Shown here: piece after piece, positions 23,917 to 34,019 of the stretch
Numbering within the stretch: the first letter of the stretch is position 1
Layout: each line of letters starts with the position of its first letter
Sequence record: MH571750.1
Source: Escherichia phage vB_EcoM-Ro111lw
Length of the DNA stretch: 64,000 bases
Strand: one strand, 5' to 3'
The notes under the pieces: generated by a model
What the model was told of the DNA's origin: nothing
The model's database searches: none
Seen by the model: only the letters and a program-made list of their open reading frames with translations
Position numbers and translations under genes: made by a program

Positions 23917-24131
23917 AGCAACTCCAGAATATCAATACGTTCACCTTTAAGTACTCCAGTACGGTCTTTTGCAATCTTACCGTCAACGATAAGGATGTGT
24001 GTAGACCTTAAAGCGTCGTTGTTAAAGGTTTTTACGAACTTGCTAGGCATGACTACAATGGACATCTCCTGAATTAACTCTGGAGTGTAGCAGTTATCAT
24101 GAAGTTGCTGAATAACGTCTGCAAGTGTCAT
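23913..24131 (-). CDS. Hypothetical protein (start moved to ATG)
   Basis: Track start is TTG; ATG at MTLADV overlaps upstream stop. Confidence 0.45.
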   Translation of the reverse strand: MTLADVIQQLHDNCYTPELIQEMSIVVMPSKFVKTFNNDALRSTHILIVDGKIAKDRTGVLKGERIDILELL

Positions 24132-24337
24132 TTTTGATGTCTCCAATATTCAATATCTACAAGTTCTTGTGCAATACTTTTCAGATTACCTTTCAAGAAA
24201 ACCTTCTCAGAACCTGAAAGAGATGAATTGTCAATTAACCTGTTCATTCTCTCAAACAACTTCTGCTTACGATTTTTGATAGTCTCCTTTGAAGCACCTT
24301 TCATCATCGCTGCATGGGTTCTTCCACGATGGCTCAT
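24128..24337 (-). CDS. Hypothetical basic protein
   Basis: 69 aa, ATG start. Confidence 0.45.
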   Translation of the reverse strand: MSHRGRTHAAMMKGASKETIKNRKQKLFERMNRLIDNSSLSGSEKVFLKGNLKSIAQELVDIEYWRHQK

Positions 24338-24398
24338 AAGCCCTCCTATATAAGATATAGTATAAGGTACTCTTCCATGAGCACCTTGTCAATACTAA

Positions 24399-27098
24399 TT
24401 AGTGTACTTCAAGCCAGCTTTTACCAACCTTACCAGTACCTGTTACAAGTGTTTCTTTCTTAAGACCTAAGTTCTTAGAAGCTTGTCCATAATACCAGTC
24501 AGTAACTGCTTTCACTTCTGCCGTCATACTTTCTGGACATTCCCAGCTTGTTTCATCGTGATATGCGCAGAGCAAACGAGCACCAATAGCTGGTTTACGA
24601 CCATTTAACTTCATCAAACCTTCGTCAATCATACGACGACAAGCAAGGTTAATTGCCTCATTTTGAATCTGACTTTCCGAACCCATAAGCAAATAATTCA
24701 ATAACTTATGTGGAGATTTACACCACAACCAAGCTCCAGCAACCTTTACGAAGCCCCCTTTAGAGATTGCAGCAGTCTTACCAAACACCTCTTCAAGTGC
24801 CTTTTTAGTCGCTTTGTAGTCAGCTTCCAAGTCATCCAGCAGCTTCTTAATTTTAGGCAAACGAATAAAGTAAGTCTGTTTGGTCAGTGCACCTTCCTGA
24901 GTAGTTGCAGCTTTAATCGTCTTAGCAAACTTCTCATCACCTGCACCGAACAGCAGTGCATAGATACCATTCTTAGCTTTCTTACGACCCTTGCTAATCT
25001 CATGGAGAAGGTTCTCATCCTGAGTAGCTCGACAAGTCAAGATATCCTGCTCATCATTCAAGCTAAAGTAAATACTGTTCAGTGTGTGTGCATCAGTCCC
25101 TGAATAGACAACGTACAGGTCATTCTCAGAGTCATAGCGAAGGTACTTATCAATCTCTGGGTTGAGGTACTCATCAAAGTGTTTGCAGTAATAGCGTCCA
25201 TCCTCTTGACGAATAAACTCAATCTCTTCTTTACCTTGCGTTACCGCTTTGGTGAAGTCTTTGTCACCCATAAAGTTACAAAGGAGAACTAGCTGGGCTG
25301 AGTTCATGTCTACAGAGACAACGTTAGTACCTTCCTCACAAATCCACACTGCCCTCATTGGTTCCCCATAGACAGCAGCACCAGACGGTACGTTTACAAT
25401 ACCATATTGTGTCATACGTCCAGTTGAAGTACCAAATACCATTGCACCAGCACTAAGGCGACCATCAGGACGAATCTGGTTTAGCCAACCTTTTTCATCA
25501 TCCTTTGAGTTCTCAATGGTTCTGCGTCGGTGCATCAAAGTATAGTACTTAGCAATCTTCTGTCCAAGCTCACCTTCAATCGTATCATAAGAAGATTCAG
25601 TAAGTTTTGGTGAAGTACGGATTAAACAAGGCTCAAGCAAATCTGTGTACTTCTTAACAGACCAGTTATGCTCAATGTACTGGACACCTTCATGTTCAAC
25701 ATAACTCAAGCCACACCGTTCAACCATCTCCTGCCACTTAGGATGCTTGGTAATCATCTTTTTGTTGTCTTTGAAACGACAAACCTTAACAGGACGACCA
25801 TCTGAGTCTTTCTTGTAGTTCCAGTCATCTGGAATCCAACCAACTGATTTCAAGTAATCTTTAACAACTGCTACCTGAGTCATACGAGAAACTTCGAACT
25901 CAATTGGTGTATATGGTGCATCAATCAAACCTGTGTAGCGACTTGACTCAAGTCCAAAGTGGTTAACAACATGGCTGTTATAGTACTTCACAGTCTTAAC
26001 TGTTTTTACTGGCTTCCAGTCTTTGCATTTCTTACCAATCTTTGCATTCAACTCATTGCAAATTGCACGAGCATCCTTCATTGCTACAAAACCTTCCTTG
26101 TACTCTTCACCAGTTACAGAGTTGGTTGGCGTATAGCAATTTCTCTTTTCAATGTTAAAAATCTTTGTAGTTGGCTTACCAAATGGTTTGATTTCATAAG
26201 TCTGCATCTCACCATTACGTACCTGCTGACGATACTTTGTCTTAGGGTACTTGGTAATCCTCTTCAGTCCATCTGCATGACCAAATGTTTCAACATACTC
26301 ATTCCAAGCCTTTGCAAACTCTTCACCAGTTACTTTACCTTTGGTCTTAATAGTTGGTGGTAGATGTGGTTCAACCTCTGAAGCAAGCTCATTAGTCAAC
26401 TTGTCAAGTTCCTTTACATGGAACTCCATAAGTTCTTTATCAGCTTTCCAACCATTGATAGCTTGCTGGCTCATCCAGAAAGATGTCTCTTTAGCTCGCA
26501 TGTAGGTTTCATAAGTGTCTATGCCACACTTCTTAAGCTTGAGATACTCGTTATCAAGTGCCCGTTTAGTTTTGGCGTTAATACGGATATCTTCTACAAC
26601 ACGAGTGAAGATTTCTGCATTCCACACACCCCAATGTTCAATCTCTGGCTTACGAACACCAACACGAGCACCCCATGCAGCCAAACCATGAGCACCTTTA
26701 TAACCCTTTGGAGTTGGTCTATCCATCCACTGAACACGAGACTGGATAAGAGAATCCTGAAAGAAATTACTCCACGGCTTACATTTTGGATTATCAAAGT
26801 TCCATAAATCCGGTGCAATGTGATTGAAGACCCACCAGTCATAACCGAGGCCGTTATGGATACAAAGTCGTTTTGCCTTTAACGCAAACTCAACACCTTC
26901 ACGTAAACCACCCTTAATGTACTTAGTGTACTTGTGACCGAGGATAGGCTCATCTGTAAAGACCCATACAGGTGGCTCTTCATCGTCAGATTTATAGTCT
27001 GCAAAGGCCATTACGTGAACTTTAGTGAACTCAAGGAGTAAACCATCAGTTTCTGTATCACCAACCAAATGTAAGTTTTTAAAATCTACGTTTTCCAT
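24399..27098 (-). CDS. DNA polymerase, family A with 3'-5' exonuclease domain (T7 gp5-like); start set to MENVDF ATG
   Basis: Exo I motif DTETDGL near N-terminus; YHDE motif near C-terminus; about 900 aa; AGAGGGAG RBS before the ATG at 27098. Confidence 0.85.
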   Translation of the reverse strand: MENVDFKNLHLVGDTETDGLLLEFTKVHVMAFADYKSDDEEPPVWVFTDEPILGHKYTKYIKGGLREGVEFALKAKRLCIHNGLGYDWWVFNHIAPDLWNFDNPKCKPWSNFFQDSLIQSRVQWMDRPTPKGYKGAHGLAAWGARVGVRKPEIEHWGVWNAEIFTRVVEDIRINAKTKRALDNEYLKLKKCGIDTYETYMRAKETSFWMSQQAINGWKADKELMEFHVKELDKLTNELASEVEPHLPPTIKTKGKVTGEEFAKAWNEYVETFGHADGLKRITKYPKTKYRQQVRNGEMQTYEIKPFGKPTTKIFNIEKRNCYTPTNSVTGEEYKEGFVAMKDARAICNELNAKIGKKCKDWKPVKTVKTVKYYNSHVVNHFGLESSRYTGLIDAPYTPIEFEVSRMTQVAVVKDYLKSVGWIPDDWNYKKDSDGRPVKVCRFKDNKKMITKHPKWQEMVERCGLSYVEHEGVQYIEHNWSVKKYTDLLEPCLIRTSPKLTESSYDTIEGELGQKIAKYYTLMHRRRTIENSKDDEKGWLNQIRPDGRLSAGAMVFGTSTGRMTQYGIVNVPSGAAVYGEPMRAVWICEEGTNVVSVDMNSAQLVLLCNFMGDKDFTKAVTQGKEEIEFIRQEDGRYYCKHFDEYLNPEIDKYLRYDSENDLYVVYSGTDAHTLNSIYFSLNDEQDILTCRATQDENLLHEISKGRKKAKNGIYALLFGAGDEKFAKTIKAATTQEGALTKQTYFIRLPKIKKLLDDLEADYKATKKALEEVFGKTAAISKGGFVKVAGAWLWCKSPHKLLNYLLMGSESQIQNEAINLACRRMIDEGLMKLNGRKPAIGARLLCAYHDETSWECPESMTAEVKAVTDWYYGQASKNLGLKKETLVTGTGKVGKSWLEVH

Positions 27099-27270
27099 TT
27101 TTACTCCCTCTAAAATCATTAACCTCATACATTACTGCAAAAAATTATAAAAAGCAAGTTGACAATGTACTTGACAAGGTGTTAATCTTTGCGAAGTGGG
27201 TTTTTACTTAAAAGGTTACTTAACAGTTTAACTATACAGATACTTTAAAACTCTTAAAAGATTATTTAAT

Positions 27271-27312
27271 AGCTTTTAAAAAGCTTTAAAGTATAACGTA
27301 TAGAATACGTTA
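27271..27312. promoter_or_regulatory. Two palindromes (AGCTTTT-A-AAAAGCT and AACGTAT-AGA-ATACGTT) in the divergent intergenic region; candidate operators
   Basis: Perfect 7-1-7 and 7-3-7 inverted repeats 45-85 bp upstream of the 27356 start, in AT-rich region between divergent operons. Confidence 0.4.
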
Positions 27313-27355
27313 AGATAAAAGATTAAAACTTAATAGTTACTTAAAAGAGGCTTAC

Positions 27356-27778
27356 ATGCAGAAAATGTTTGTTCACCCAGACATAGCTGACTTTGTTAGA
27401 GCTTTGCAGAAGTTGGAAGAACTTGACATTGCTGCTCAACGGGAATATGCTCACCATCACAGGAGAATGGTTGATATACAACATGAAATAGAGTTGTCTG
27501 AAAACTATGAAGATGACTTAAAATGCTCTGTATTTGAGCATATGAAAGATGTTGCTACAGCGAGACGTAAAGCTAAAGACACAGTTGCTTTACTAGATTC
27601 TCTTAAAAAGAGGTTGCAAAGTGGTACAGACCTGTGTAATCTAGCGTCACTGATTAACGATGTTGAAACTTCTTGGGATAGGCACTATTATCCACGTTCT
27701 GAAAAGACACTTGACTTTTCTTCATCTGAAAACTTAAAATGTTCTAGAAAGAAACTTAACCAACTGAGAGAGAAATAA
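27356..27778 (+). CDS. Hypothetical protein
   Basis: 140 aa, RBS AAAGAGG, first gene of plus-strand operon. Confidence 0.55.
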   Translation: MQKMFVHPDIADFVRALQKLEELDIAAQREYAHHHRRMVDIQHEIELSENYEDDLKCSVFEHMKDVATARRKAKDTVALLDSLKKRLQSGTDLCNLASLINDVETSWDRHYYPRSEKTLDFSSSENLKCSRKKLNQLREK

Positions 27779-27779
27779 T

Positions 27780-28592
27780 ATGAATACTACTGTAGACCAG
27801 ATGCTTGAAGAGAAAGGTGTTGATGAAGCATTCTTAATCAATGCCGTAGAAAGCATGGCTATGATTCTTCGTGGTAATAACTACACAGAACAGTTTATGC
27901 CTGCAAGCTATAACTTGCCTGAAGACAAGTCTGATAACAGTGCTTTTGCAGAACAGGTCAACATGATGCTTTGCGACAAAACACTTGCTCTGGCATCTAT
28001 TGCGGTTGGTGTTGATGCTCTTGCAGAGTTTATTTTTTATGAGATGCAGAGAAATGACTATATCAGGATGTCAGACGAAGATAAGGAACTGTTGCTGACT
28101 AAGGACACTGATTTCATTATTGATACGCTTATCTCATCAACGAGTGCTGTTATGGCTGTTCTTGAGAAGCGCATGGAAGAGAAACTTTCACGATATGAAA
28201 AACTTGATTGGGGCGTAGAAGAACTAAACCCACGAATCAAGGAGATTATCCAGCAAACTAAAGAGTCTTTGGAAGAAGCTGTTGAGAATGACTCTGTAGC
28301 TGATGTAGAACCACTACAGGTGAAGGTTGCTCTGATGATTCCAGCTATTTCTACAATGATGAATATCGTTGCACTAATCCAACTTTCTCAGATGTTGGGT
28401 GTAACCATTGAGTTCGTTGAGGAGATGACTGGTGGTGTCAGTATGCAAGCAATCAATGATGTTTTGGTAAACATTGGTGCTTCAATCATTGAAGAGAAGC
28501 TACGTATCAACTTCGGTGATGATTTTGTGAAGCAAATCTCAGCTATGGCTGAAAAAGAGCACTCACAAATTACCAGTGACCAACTGCACTAA
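27780..28592 (+). CDS. Hypothetical protein
   Basis: 270 aa, coupled to upstream ORF. Confidence 0.55.
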   Translation: MNTTVDQMLEEKGVDEAFLINAVESMAMILRGNNYTEQFMPASYNLPEDKSDNSAFAEQVNMMLCDKTLALASIAVGVDALAEFIFYEMQRNDYIRMSDEDKELLLTKDTDFIIDTLISSTSAVMAVLEKRMEEKLSRYEKLDWGVEELNPRIKEIIQQTKESLEEAVENDSVADVEPLQVKVALMIPAISTMMNIVALIQLSQMLGVTIEFVEEMTGGVSMQAINDVLVNIGASIIEEKLRINFGDDFVKQISAMAEKEHSQITSDQLH

Positions 28593-28610
28593 GTCTTTAT
28601 AAATCTTACA

Positions 28611-28634
28611 AGCCTCCTTAGTTGGGGGCTTTTT
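28611..28634 (+). terminator. Terminator-like hairpin
   Basis: AGCCTCC-ttagtt-GGGGGCT then TTTT. Confidence 0.45.
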
Positions 28635-28653
28635 AGTAATTAAGGGAGACAAA

Positions 28654-29397
28654 ATGAGTAATATTATTGCATTTACTGGAAAGGCACGTTCTGGAAAAGA
28701 CACCTCATGTTCTATTGTTAAGAATATCTTAGAAGATGAGTATGGTTACAATGTTGCAGTAATGGCCTATGCAGACAATCTTAAGCTATCTGCGTCAAAG
28801 ATATTTGACTTGACATGGAATGACCTGTACGGTGAAACTAAAGAGACTCCACAGGTTTTTGATTTATCATACTCTGAACTGATGTCCAAAGTTACAGAAG
28901 CTATGGAGTTCACCTTCAGAGATGAACGTTACCATATGGACTTTAAGCTTATGTCGGAGTTAACCGGACGATTAATTATGGAGCTTAAGAAGGTTGCTAA
29001 ACCAACTCTATTGACACGTCTGGGATTTAGCAAGAAGTATAAATTCTCATCAAGACAAATTCAACAGATTTGGGGTACTGAAGTTATCCGTAAAGTTATG
29101 GGTGACAAGTTCTGGTCTAAAGACCTTGAAAAAAGAATGGTAAACTTCTTTGATGTTTGCTCACTTAGGAATCAAGAAGGTGTTGTTTTAATCAGTGACT
29201 TAAGGTTTGACTCTGAAGCTGAGTGGTTGAGCAGATTTGCACACCAAACTATTGAAGTAAAAAGAGACAATGTGGACAAGGTTTCATCACATGTTTCAGA
29301 AAATGGAATTTCTACCAAATATGCGCGTGACATTATCCATAATAATGGTACTCTTGAAGACCTTGAAAGCAAGCTAAGAGCTATCCTGAAAATTTAA
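28654..29397 (+). CDS. Deoxynucleoside monophosphate kinase (T4 gp1-like)
   Basis: N-terminal P-loop IIAFTGKARSGKDT matches the T4 dNMP kinase pattern (G.KRSGKDT). Confidence 0.55.
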   Translation: MSNIIAFTGKARSGKDTSCSIVKNILEDEYGYNVAVMAYADNLKLSASKIFDLTWNDLYGETKETPQVFDLSYSELMSKVTEAMEFTFRDERYHMDFKLMSELTGRLIMELKKVAKPTLLTRLGFSKKYKFSSRQIQQIWGTEVIRKVMGDKFWSKDLEKRMVNFFDVCSLRNQEGVVLISDLRFDSEAEWLSRFAHQTIEVKRDNVDKVSSHVSENGISTKYARDIIHNNGTLEDLESKLRAILKI

Positions 29398-29405
29398 AAG
29401 AGAGA

Positions 29406-29606
29406 ATGAAGATGAGAGTAAAAGATAATTTTAAAGTTATTGACCATCGTTTAGTGGAACTCTCATCTCTTTCCAATGAGGTAATGATTGAACGTCTTAA
29501 GAGAGTTGAATCACGAAGGAAAGAGATTGCAGATGAAATTCATGAACTGGACAAGATTGAAAACGGATTGAAGGCAGAACTACAACGAAGAGGTGCTAAT
29601 GTCTAA
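29406..29606 (+). CDS. Small coiled-coil protein
   Basis: 66 aa, ATG start. Confidence 0.4.
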   Translation: MKMRVKDNFKVIDHRLVELSSLSNEVMIERLKRVESRRKEIADEIHELDKIENGLKAELQRRGANV

Positions 29607-31584
29607 AGGTCGTAAATTGAAAGAGGCTGGTCAGTTTATTGGTCATTGTGCATGTCCACGTTGTGGCTCATCAGATGCTGGTTCAATCTACCATCATGAC
29701 GATGATTCTTATTCGATGACTTGCTTTAGCTGTAACAAAGGTTTCCCAGAGTGGGATTTTGATAAAGGACAAATCGTGAGCACTTATTCTACTGGTTCAG
29801 ATAATAAAAACCGTACTTTCCGTGGAATGGATTTAGACGATGTAAAAGAAAACCTAGAAGCAATGGACTTGAAAGACAGGAAGATTCCTGCAAAAGTCCT
29901 CGAACGCTTAGGTATCAAGGTTGACATTGATAGTGACGGTGAAATTGATGCACATTTCTATCCAACTTACAAACGTAATGAAGATGGCAAGCTAGAACAT
30001 GTTGGTTATCGTGTTCGTCACCGTTACCCAGAAGACCATCCAAAAGAACACCTACGTGGCAAGCTAAAAGACTTCTCAGGTGGTGTTGGAGACATTAAAG
30101 GTGAACTGGCAATGTTCGGTTCATGGATTGCTCCAGAAGGTGGTAACCGTCTATTCATCTGGGAAGGTGAGATGGAATGTGCGACAGCTATCTACATGAC
30201 TTCTCTGGCAATTAAAGATAAGTCTCGTCGTAAGAATTACTGTCACGTATCTGTTCCATCAGGTGCAAACATTAAGTCTATCAAAGACAACTATCAGTAC
30301 ATCACATCATTTGATGAGATTTACTTGTGCTTTGATAACGATGAAGCAGGTGCTAAAGCTACCAAAGAGGCTGCTGGTATCCTACCTATTGAGAAGGTTC
30401 GTTTATTCCAGTACCCAGAAGGCGTAAAAGACCTTAACGAATGGTGGACAAAGTTCTATAAAGAGAAAGACACAGTTCTGGAAGGATTTAAACAGCGTAT
30501 CTACAATGCACCTCGTTACTGCCCTGCTGGTATCAAGAACTTTGCAGATGGTTTTGAGGCAATGAAGAATCGTGGTCAGATTCCATTGATTCCTTTCCCA
30601 GAATCTTTCGGGGATTTGAACAGACTGACTTACGGTGGTTATGGTTTGGGTGAGATTACGACTATTGCAGCACCATCTTCAGTAGGTAAGTCAGCTTACA
30701 CTCGTGAGATGATTTACACTGCTTGGAAGGAAACTGATTATAATATCGGTGTAATTCCTGTAGAAGATACCTATGAAGAGTTGATGGAAATGCTCTGTGC
30801 AATCCACCTGAGCAAGCAGATTTCTGAGATTCCTTATGACGAACGTGATTGGGATGAATTAAAGGAAGCACACGCAGAACTATCTAAAGGTCGTCGTATC
30901 CACATCGTAGACCATCAAGGGGCGATTGACCAAGACAACCTGCTGGAATTTGTTGACTATCTTGTTAACAGTTTAGACTGTAAGATTATTATTCTTGACC
31001 CTATTACGTTGGCTCTGTCACGTTCAGATACGGATGAAGAGGAAGTTTTGTCTGAGCTATTGCGTCGTTGCAAACGCTACCAGTATGCGCAGGTAAACGT
31101 ATGTCACGTTCGTAAGAGTGCAGGTGGTCAGAAAGCTAACTCTGAAGGTGGGGATATCTCTGAAGAGGATATCAAGGGTTCTGGTGCGTATTTCCAGATT
31201 TCCATGAATAATATTTTGTTAATGCGTAACAAGGTTGACCCAGACCCTGTTAAGAAAAACTTAACAAAAATCAAGTTAACTAAGTGTCGTCGTCACGGTA
31301 AGTCAACAGGTATTGCTGGTCATACTTGGTACAATCCAGATACAGGACGCCTCATCAAAGCATCTGGTTGTGGGGTTGACATTGATGGTGCAGCAGAAAA
31401 TATTCGCCAACAGTTTGGTATTGGTGAAGCTGAAGACCATTACGATGACTCTTTACCGCATTATGAGGATGAAGTGTTTGACCGTGAGACTGGTGAAGTC
31501 TATACTGAAGAACAGCGTCAAAGCTCAACGATTCCACCTGTATTAAGTGAGGATGCAGATGACTGCCCGTTTGAAACTGAGTGA
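29599..31584 (+). CDS. Bifunctional DNA primase/helicase (T7 gp4-like); start set to ATG (MSKGRK)
   Basis: N-terminal zinc ribbon CPRCGS...CFSCNKGF; TOPRIM-like LCFDNDEAG; Walker A APSSVGKS; track start is GTG. Confidence 0.85.
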   Translation: MSKGRKLKEAGQFIGHCACPRCGSSDAGSIYHHDDDSYSMTCFSCNKGFPEWDFDKGQIVSTYSTGSDNKNRTFRGMDLDDVKENLEAMDLKDRKIPAKVLERLGIKVDIDSDGEIDAHFYPTYKRNEDGKLEHVGYRVRHRYPEDHPKEHLRGKLKDFSGGVGDIKGELAMFGSWIAPEGGNRLFIWEGEMECATAIYMTSLAIKDKSRRKNYCHVSVPSGANIKSIKDNYQYITSFDEIYLCFDNDEAGAKATKEAAGILPIEKVRLFQYPEGVKDLNEWWTKFYKEKDTVLEGFKQRIYNAPRYCPAGIKNFADGFEAMKNRGQIPLIPFPESFGDLNRLTYGGYGLGEITTIAAPSSVGKSAYTREMIYTAWKETDYNIGVIPVEDTYEELMEMLCAIHLSKQISEIPYDERDWDELKEAHAELSKGRRIHIVDHQGAIDQDNLLEFVDYLVNSLDCKIIILDPITLALSRSDTDEEEVLSELLRRCKRYQYAQVNVCHVRKSAGGQKANSEGGDISEEDIKGSGAYFQISMNNILLMRNKVDPDPVKKNLTKIKLTKCRRHGKSTGIAGHTWYNPDTGRLIKASGCGVDIDGAAENIRQQFGIGEAEDHYDDSLPHYEDEVFDRETGEVYTEEQRQSSTIPPVLSEDADDCPFETE

Positions 31585-31840
31585 TAGTTATAAAAGAGAG
31601 GGGTTCATACCCTTCTTTGAAGAAAAAAGTTTAAATAAATTTCAGGAAGAGTGTTTGACAAAGATTGATAGGTTCTATAGAATGCTCCTCATGAAATGCA
31701 ACGGGGAAGTTGAGATAAAAGAAGATTTCCACCAAAGCATGATTACAGTCATCATTTCGCTGCCTCAGCATAATATTAGTTGGCTGTTTATAATTAAAGA
31801 AAATGTGTTTGAATATCAAGTATATCGGAGAATATCATGA
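31553..31840 (+). CDS. Hypothetical ORF overlapping primase 3' end (doubtful)
   Basis: Overlaps primase-helicase by about 30 nt; no motifs. Confidence 0.3.
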   Translation: MQMTARLKLSDSYKREGFIPFFEEKSLNKFQEECLTKIDRFYRMLLMKCNGEVEIKEDFHQSMITVIISLPQHNISWLFIIKENVFEYQVYRRIS

Positions 31841-31986
31841 AACACTCTAAAGCATTTGAAAAAGTTTTTGGGGATTCCTTAAAAGCCACTGCTGGAAAAC
31901 CAGCAAAATACTATGAAGAAAAACGTGTAAGAACTGGAAAAACTGCACGTAAAGCAGCTTCTAAAGATAAGCACAACTTCCAGTAA
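31837..31986 (+). CDS. Small lysine-rich protein (49 aa), not in ORF track
   Basis: ATG overlapping upstream stop (ATGA); highly basic. Confidence 0.3.
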   Translation: MKHSKAFEKVFGDSLKATAGKPAKYYEEKRVRTGKTARKAASKDKHNFQ

Positions 31987-31993
31987 TTAATGT

Positions 31994-32022
31994 TTGACAA
32001 TAGAGTATCAACAAATTAGAAT
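31994..32022 (+). promoter_or_regulatory. Sigma70-like promoter TTGACA-N17-TAGAAT upstream of SSB-like gene
   Basis: Consensus -35, 17-bp spacer, 5/6 -10; 37 bp upstream of the 32059 start. Confidence 0.5.
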
Positions 32023-32058
32023 TGGTACTCTTCATAAATTGAGATAGAGGTTTAAATA

Positions 32059-32916
32059 ATGTCTAAAGTTGTTAAAATGAAAGCTCCGGTAGAGAAGTAC
32101 AATGGTACTGAACGTCAAACTCTGCGTTACCTTCTGAAAGATGTTTGGTTTTATTACCTGAACACTTCACCACGTCCGGGGAAAGGTAAATCCATTGATA
32201 AGAAATTCCCAGGCAAAGACTGTAACTACAGTGTTTCAATTCTGGCAGAAGATGGTAACAAACTGTTTAAAGAGTTTACTAAGTCTAAGAAAAACCCAGA
32301 AGGTTGGGATAAAGTTACTACTGAAGCAGTTGATGCAGATGACTTCGAAGAGAAGTTTGGTTGCAAACCACCATTTGAAGCAGACACTTACTACATCTTG
32401 AAAGTAAGTCGTGCAGCAGCTTATAAAGATGGTGCTGTATGGACAGCTAAACAGTCATTCCCTGTTATGCTTATTGAAGAAGTAAATGGTAAGCGTGTAG
32501 CTGTTAAGCAGCCGATGAAGAAAATCAAAGCTCAAGCATCTGATAAACATGAAGATGACAAGAACTATGATGTAATCCATCCAGATATTGCAGTTGGTAA
32601 CGGTTCTTTTGGTAGTGTGATTCTTTCTACTCATTTCTACACTTTTGAGAACAATGTTCTGACAAAACCTATTCAGGAACAGTTTATCATTGATACTCTT
32701 GTGCCTTACACTGGTGGTAATGGTGCTAATGGCGAACCTGAACTGGATGAAGACGAACTGGCTATGCTTGGTCTTGATGGTGTTGAAGATAACGGTGAAA
32801 TCACTGAAGAAGACGCAACAGACCACAAACCTTCGAATGATTCTGATGATGGCGACGATGAAGACTTGCCAGACCCAGATGATGAAGAAGATGAAGACTT
32901 CGATACAGAAGACTAA
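32059..32916 (+). CDS. Single-stranded DNA-binding protein (T7 gp2.5-like, acidic C-terminal tail)
   Basis: Strongly acidic C-terminus DDEDLPDPDDEEDEDFDTED; location next to primase and exonuclease. Confidence 0.5.
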   Translation: MSKVVKMKAPVEKYNGTERQTLRYLLKDVWFYYLNTSPRPGKGKSIDKKFPGKDCNYSVSILAEDGNKLFKEFTKSKKNPEGWDKVTTEAVDADDFEEKFGCKPPFEADTYYILKVSRAAAYKDGAVWTAKQSFPVMLIEEVNGKRVAVKQPMKKIKAQASDKHEDDKNYDVIHPDIAVGNGSFGSVILSTHFYTFENNVLTKPIQEQFIIDTLVPYTGGNGANGEPELDEDELAMLGLDGVEDNGEITEEDATDHKPSNDSDDGDDEDLPDPDDEEDEDFDTED

Positions 32917-32934
32917 TCTCTAAAAGTTACTTTA

Positions 32935-32962
32935 AAGCCCTGTACTTAGTATGGGGCTTTTT
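32935..32962 (+). terminator. Terminator after SSB-like gene
   Basis: AAGCCC...GGGCTT stem followed by TTTTT. Confidence 0.5.
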
Positions 32963-32978
32963 CATATGGAGAGTCACA

Positions 32979-34019
32979 ATGGAGAAGTATACGCTAACAA
33001 AACTTCCCGATTCAGTTACACATGTCTTTATTGACTCTGATAGCATTGCCTATAAAGGTGCTTGTGTAGTTGAGAAAGCAAAATATAAATATGTCAATAA
33101 ACTCACAGCAGAAGAATCTGAACCATTTGATAATGCAAAAGATGCTGCAAGATGGTTAGCAGACCAGAGAATCCTTGTAGAAGAGCTTGGCCTGACATTT
33201 GATGAAGATGAATGGGAAAGACAGACTTGGAAAGAAGCTAAGAGCGAAAAAGAAGCTATCATGGCTACTCAGCAGGTTCTTCAGGAATGGCTTAAGGTTG
33301 TTGGTAAAGAAAGAACTTGGGTAGGTTACTTAACAGAGAAAGGTGTACATAAACATAAAGACATTAAAGGTCTTGAGCACCAATATCAAGGTAACCGTAA
33401 AGATGCTGTCACACCAACACACTTAGTCGCTTGTCGTGAATATCTTCTGTCAAGACCAGAGTTCAAGCTCTTAAAGGGAGGCTTCGAAGCCGATTCCATC
33501 GTAATTGCTAAAGCTGAAAAGATGGGTAAGAAAGCTGCTCTTATGAGTATTGACAAAGACCTTCGACAAGCTGAAGGAACTTATTGTATTGATATGACTT
33601 ATGAAAAATCACCACTCATCTTTATTGCTGACAATAATGTTGGTGATATCTGGGATTGTCCTATCAAATCAAAACCAAAAGCTGCAAAAACAGTTGGTGT
33701 AGGTTTTAAATTTTTGTGTTATCAGGCTGTTGCTGGAGATAATGCAGACAACTACTTCGGCCTTAAAGGTGCTGGAAAAGTAGCTGTGATGAATGCTTTA
33801 GAGGGTAAAGAGACCTATAAAGAGTGTCTTGATGCTATCTATGAACTCTATGCTAAAAAAGAGTCTTACACCTATGTGTCATGGGATGGACAGACTGTTA
33901 CCAAAACACCATTAGAGTTAATGGAACAACATTTCTGGATAGCATATCAAGAGAGAAATCCAAAAGATAATTTCTCTTTTAAGAAATATAATTGGGAGCC
34001 GTGTATGAATGAAGATTAA
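32979..34019 (+). CDS. 5'-3' exonuclease / flap endonuclease (FEN family)
   Basis: FEN-type motifs: N-terminal acidic cluster (FIDSDSIAYK), YQGNRKD, GFEADSIV, helix-3-turn-helix region GDNADNYFGLKGAGKV. Confidence 0.7.
   Translation: MEKYTLTKLPDSVTHVFIDSDSIAYKGACVVEKAKYKYVNKLTAEESEPFDNAKDAARWLADQRILVEELGLTFDEDEWERQTWKEAKSEKEAIMATQQVLQEWLKVVGKERTWVGYLTEKGVHKHKDIKGLEHQYQGNRKDAVTPTHLVACREYLLSRPEFKLLKGGFEADSIVIAKAEKMGKKAALMSIDKDLRQAEGTYCIDMTYEKSPLIFIADNNVGDIWDCPIKSKPKAAKTVGVGFKFLCYQAVAGDNADNYFGLKGAGKVAVMNALEGKETYKECLDAIYELYAKKESYTYVSWDGQTVTKTPLELMEQHFWIAYQERNPKDNFSFKKYNWEPCMNED

Noticed and set aside
24708-26842. Plus-strand ORFs 24708..25103, 25959..26363, 26418..26807 and minus ORF 26594..26842
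   Set aside because: They lie antisense to, or inside, the well-supported DNA polymerase gene; low-complexity translations without start-site signals.
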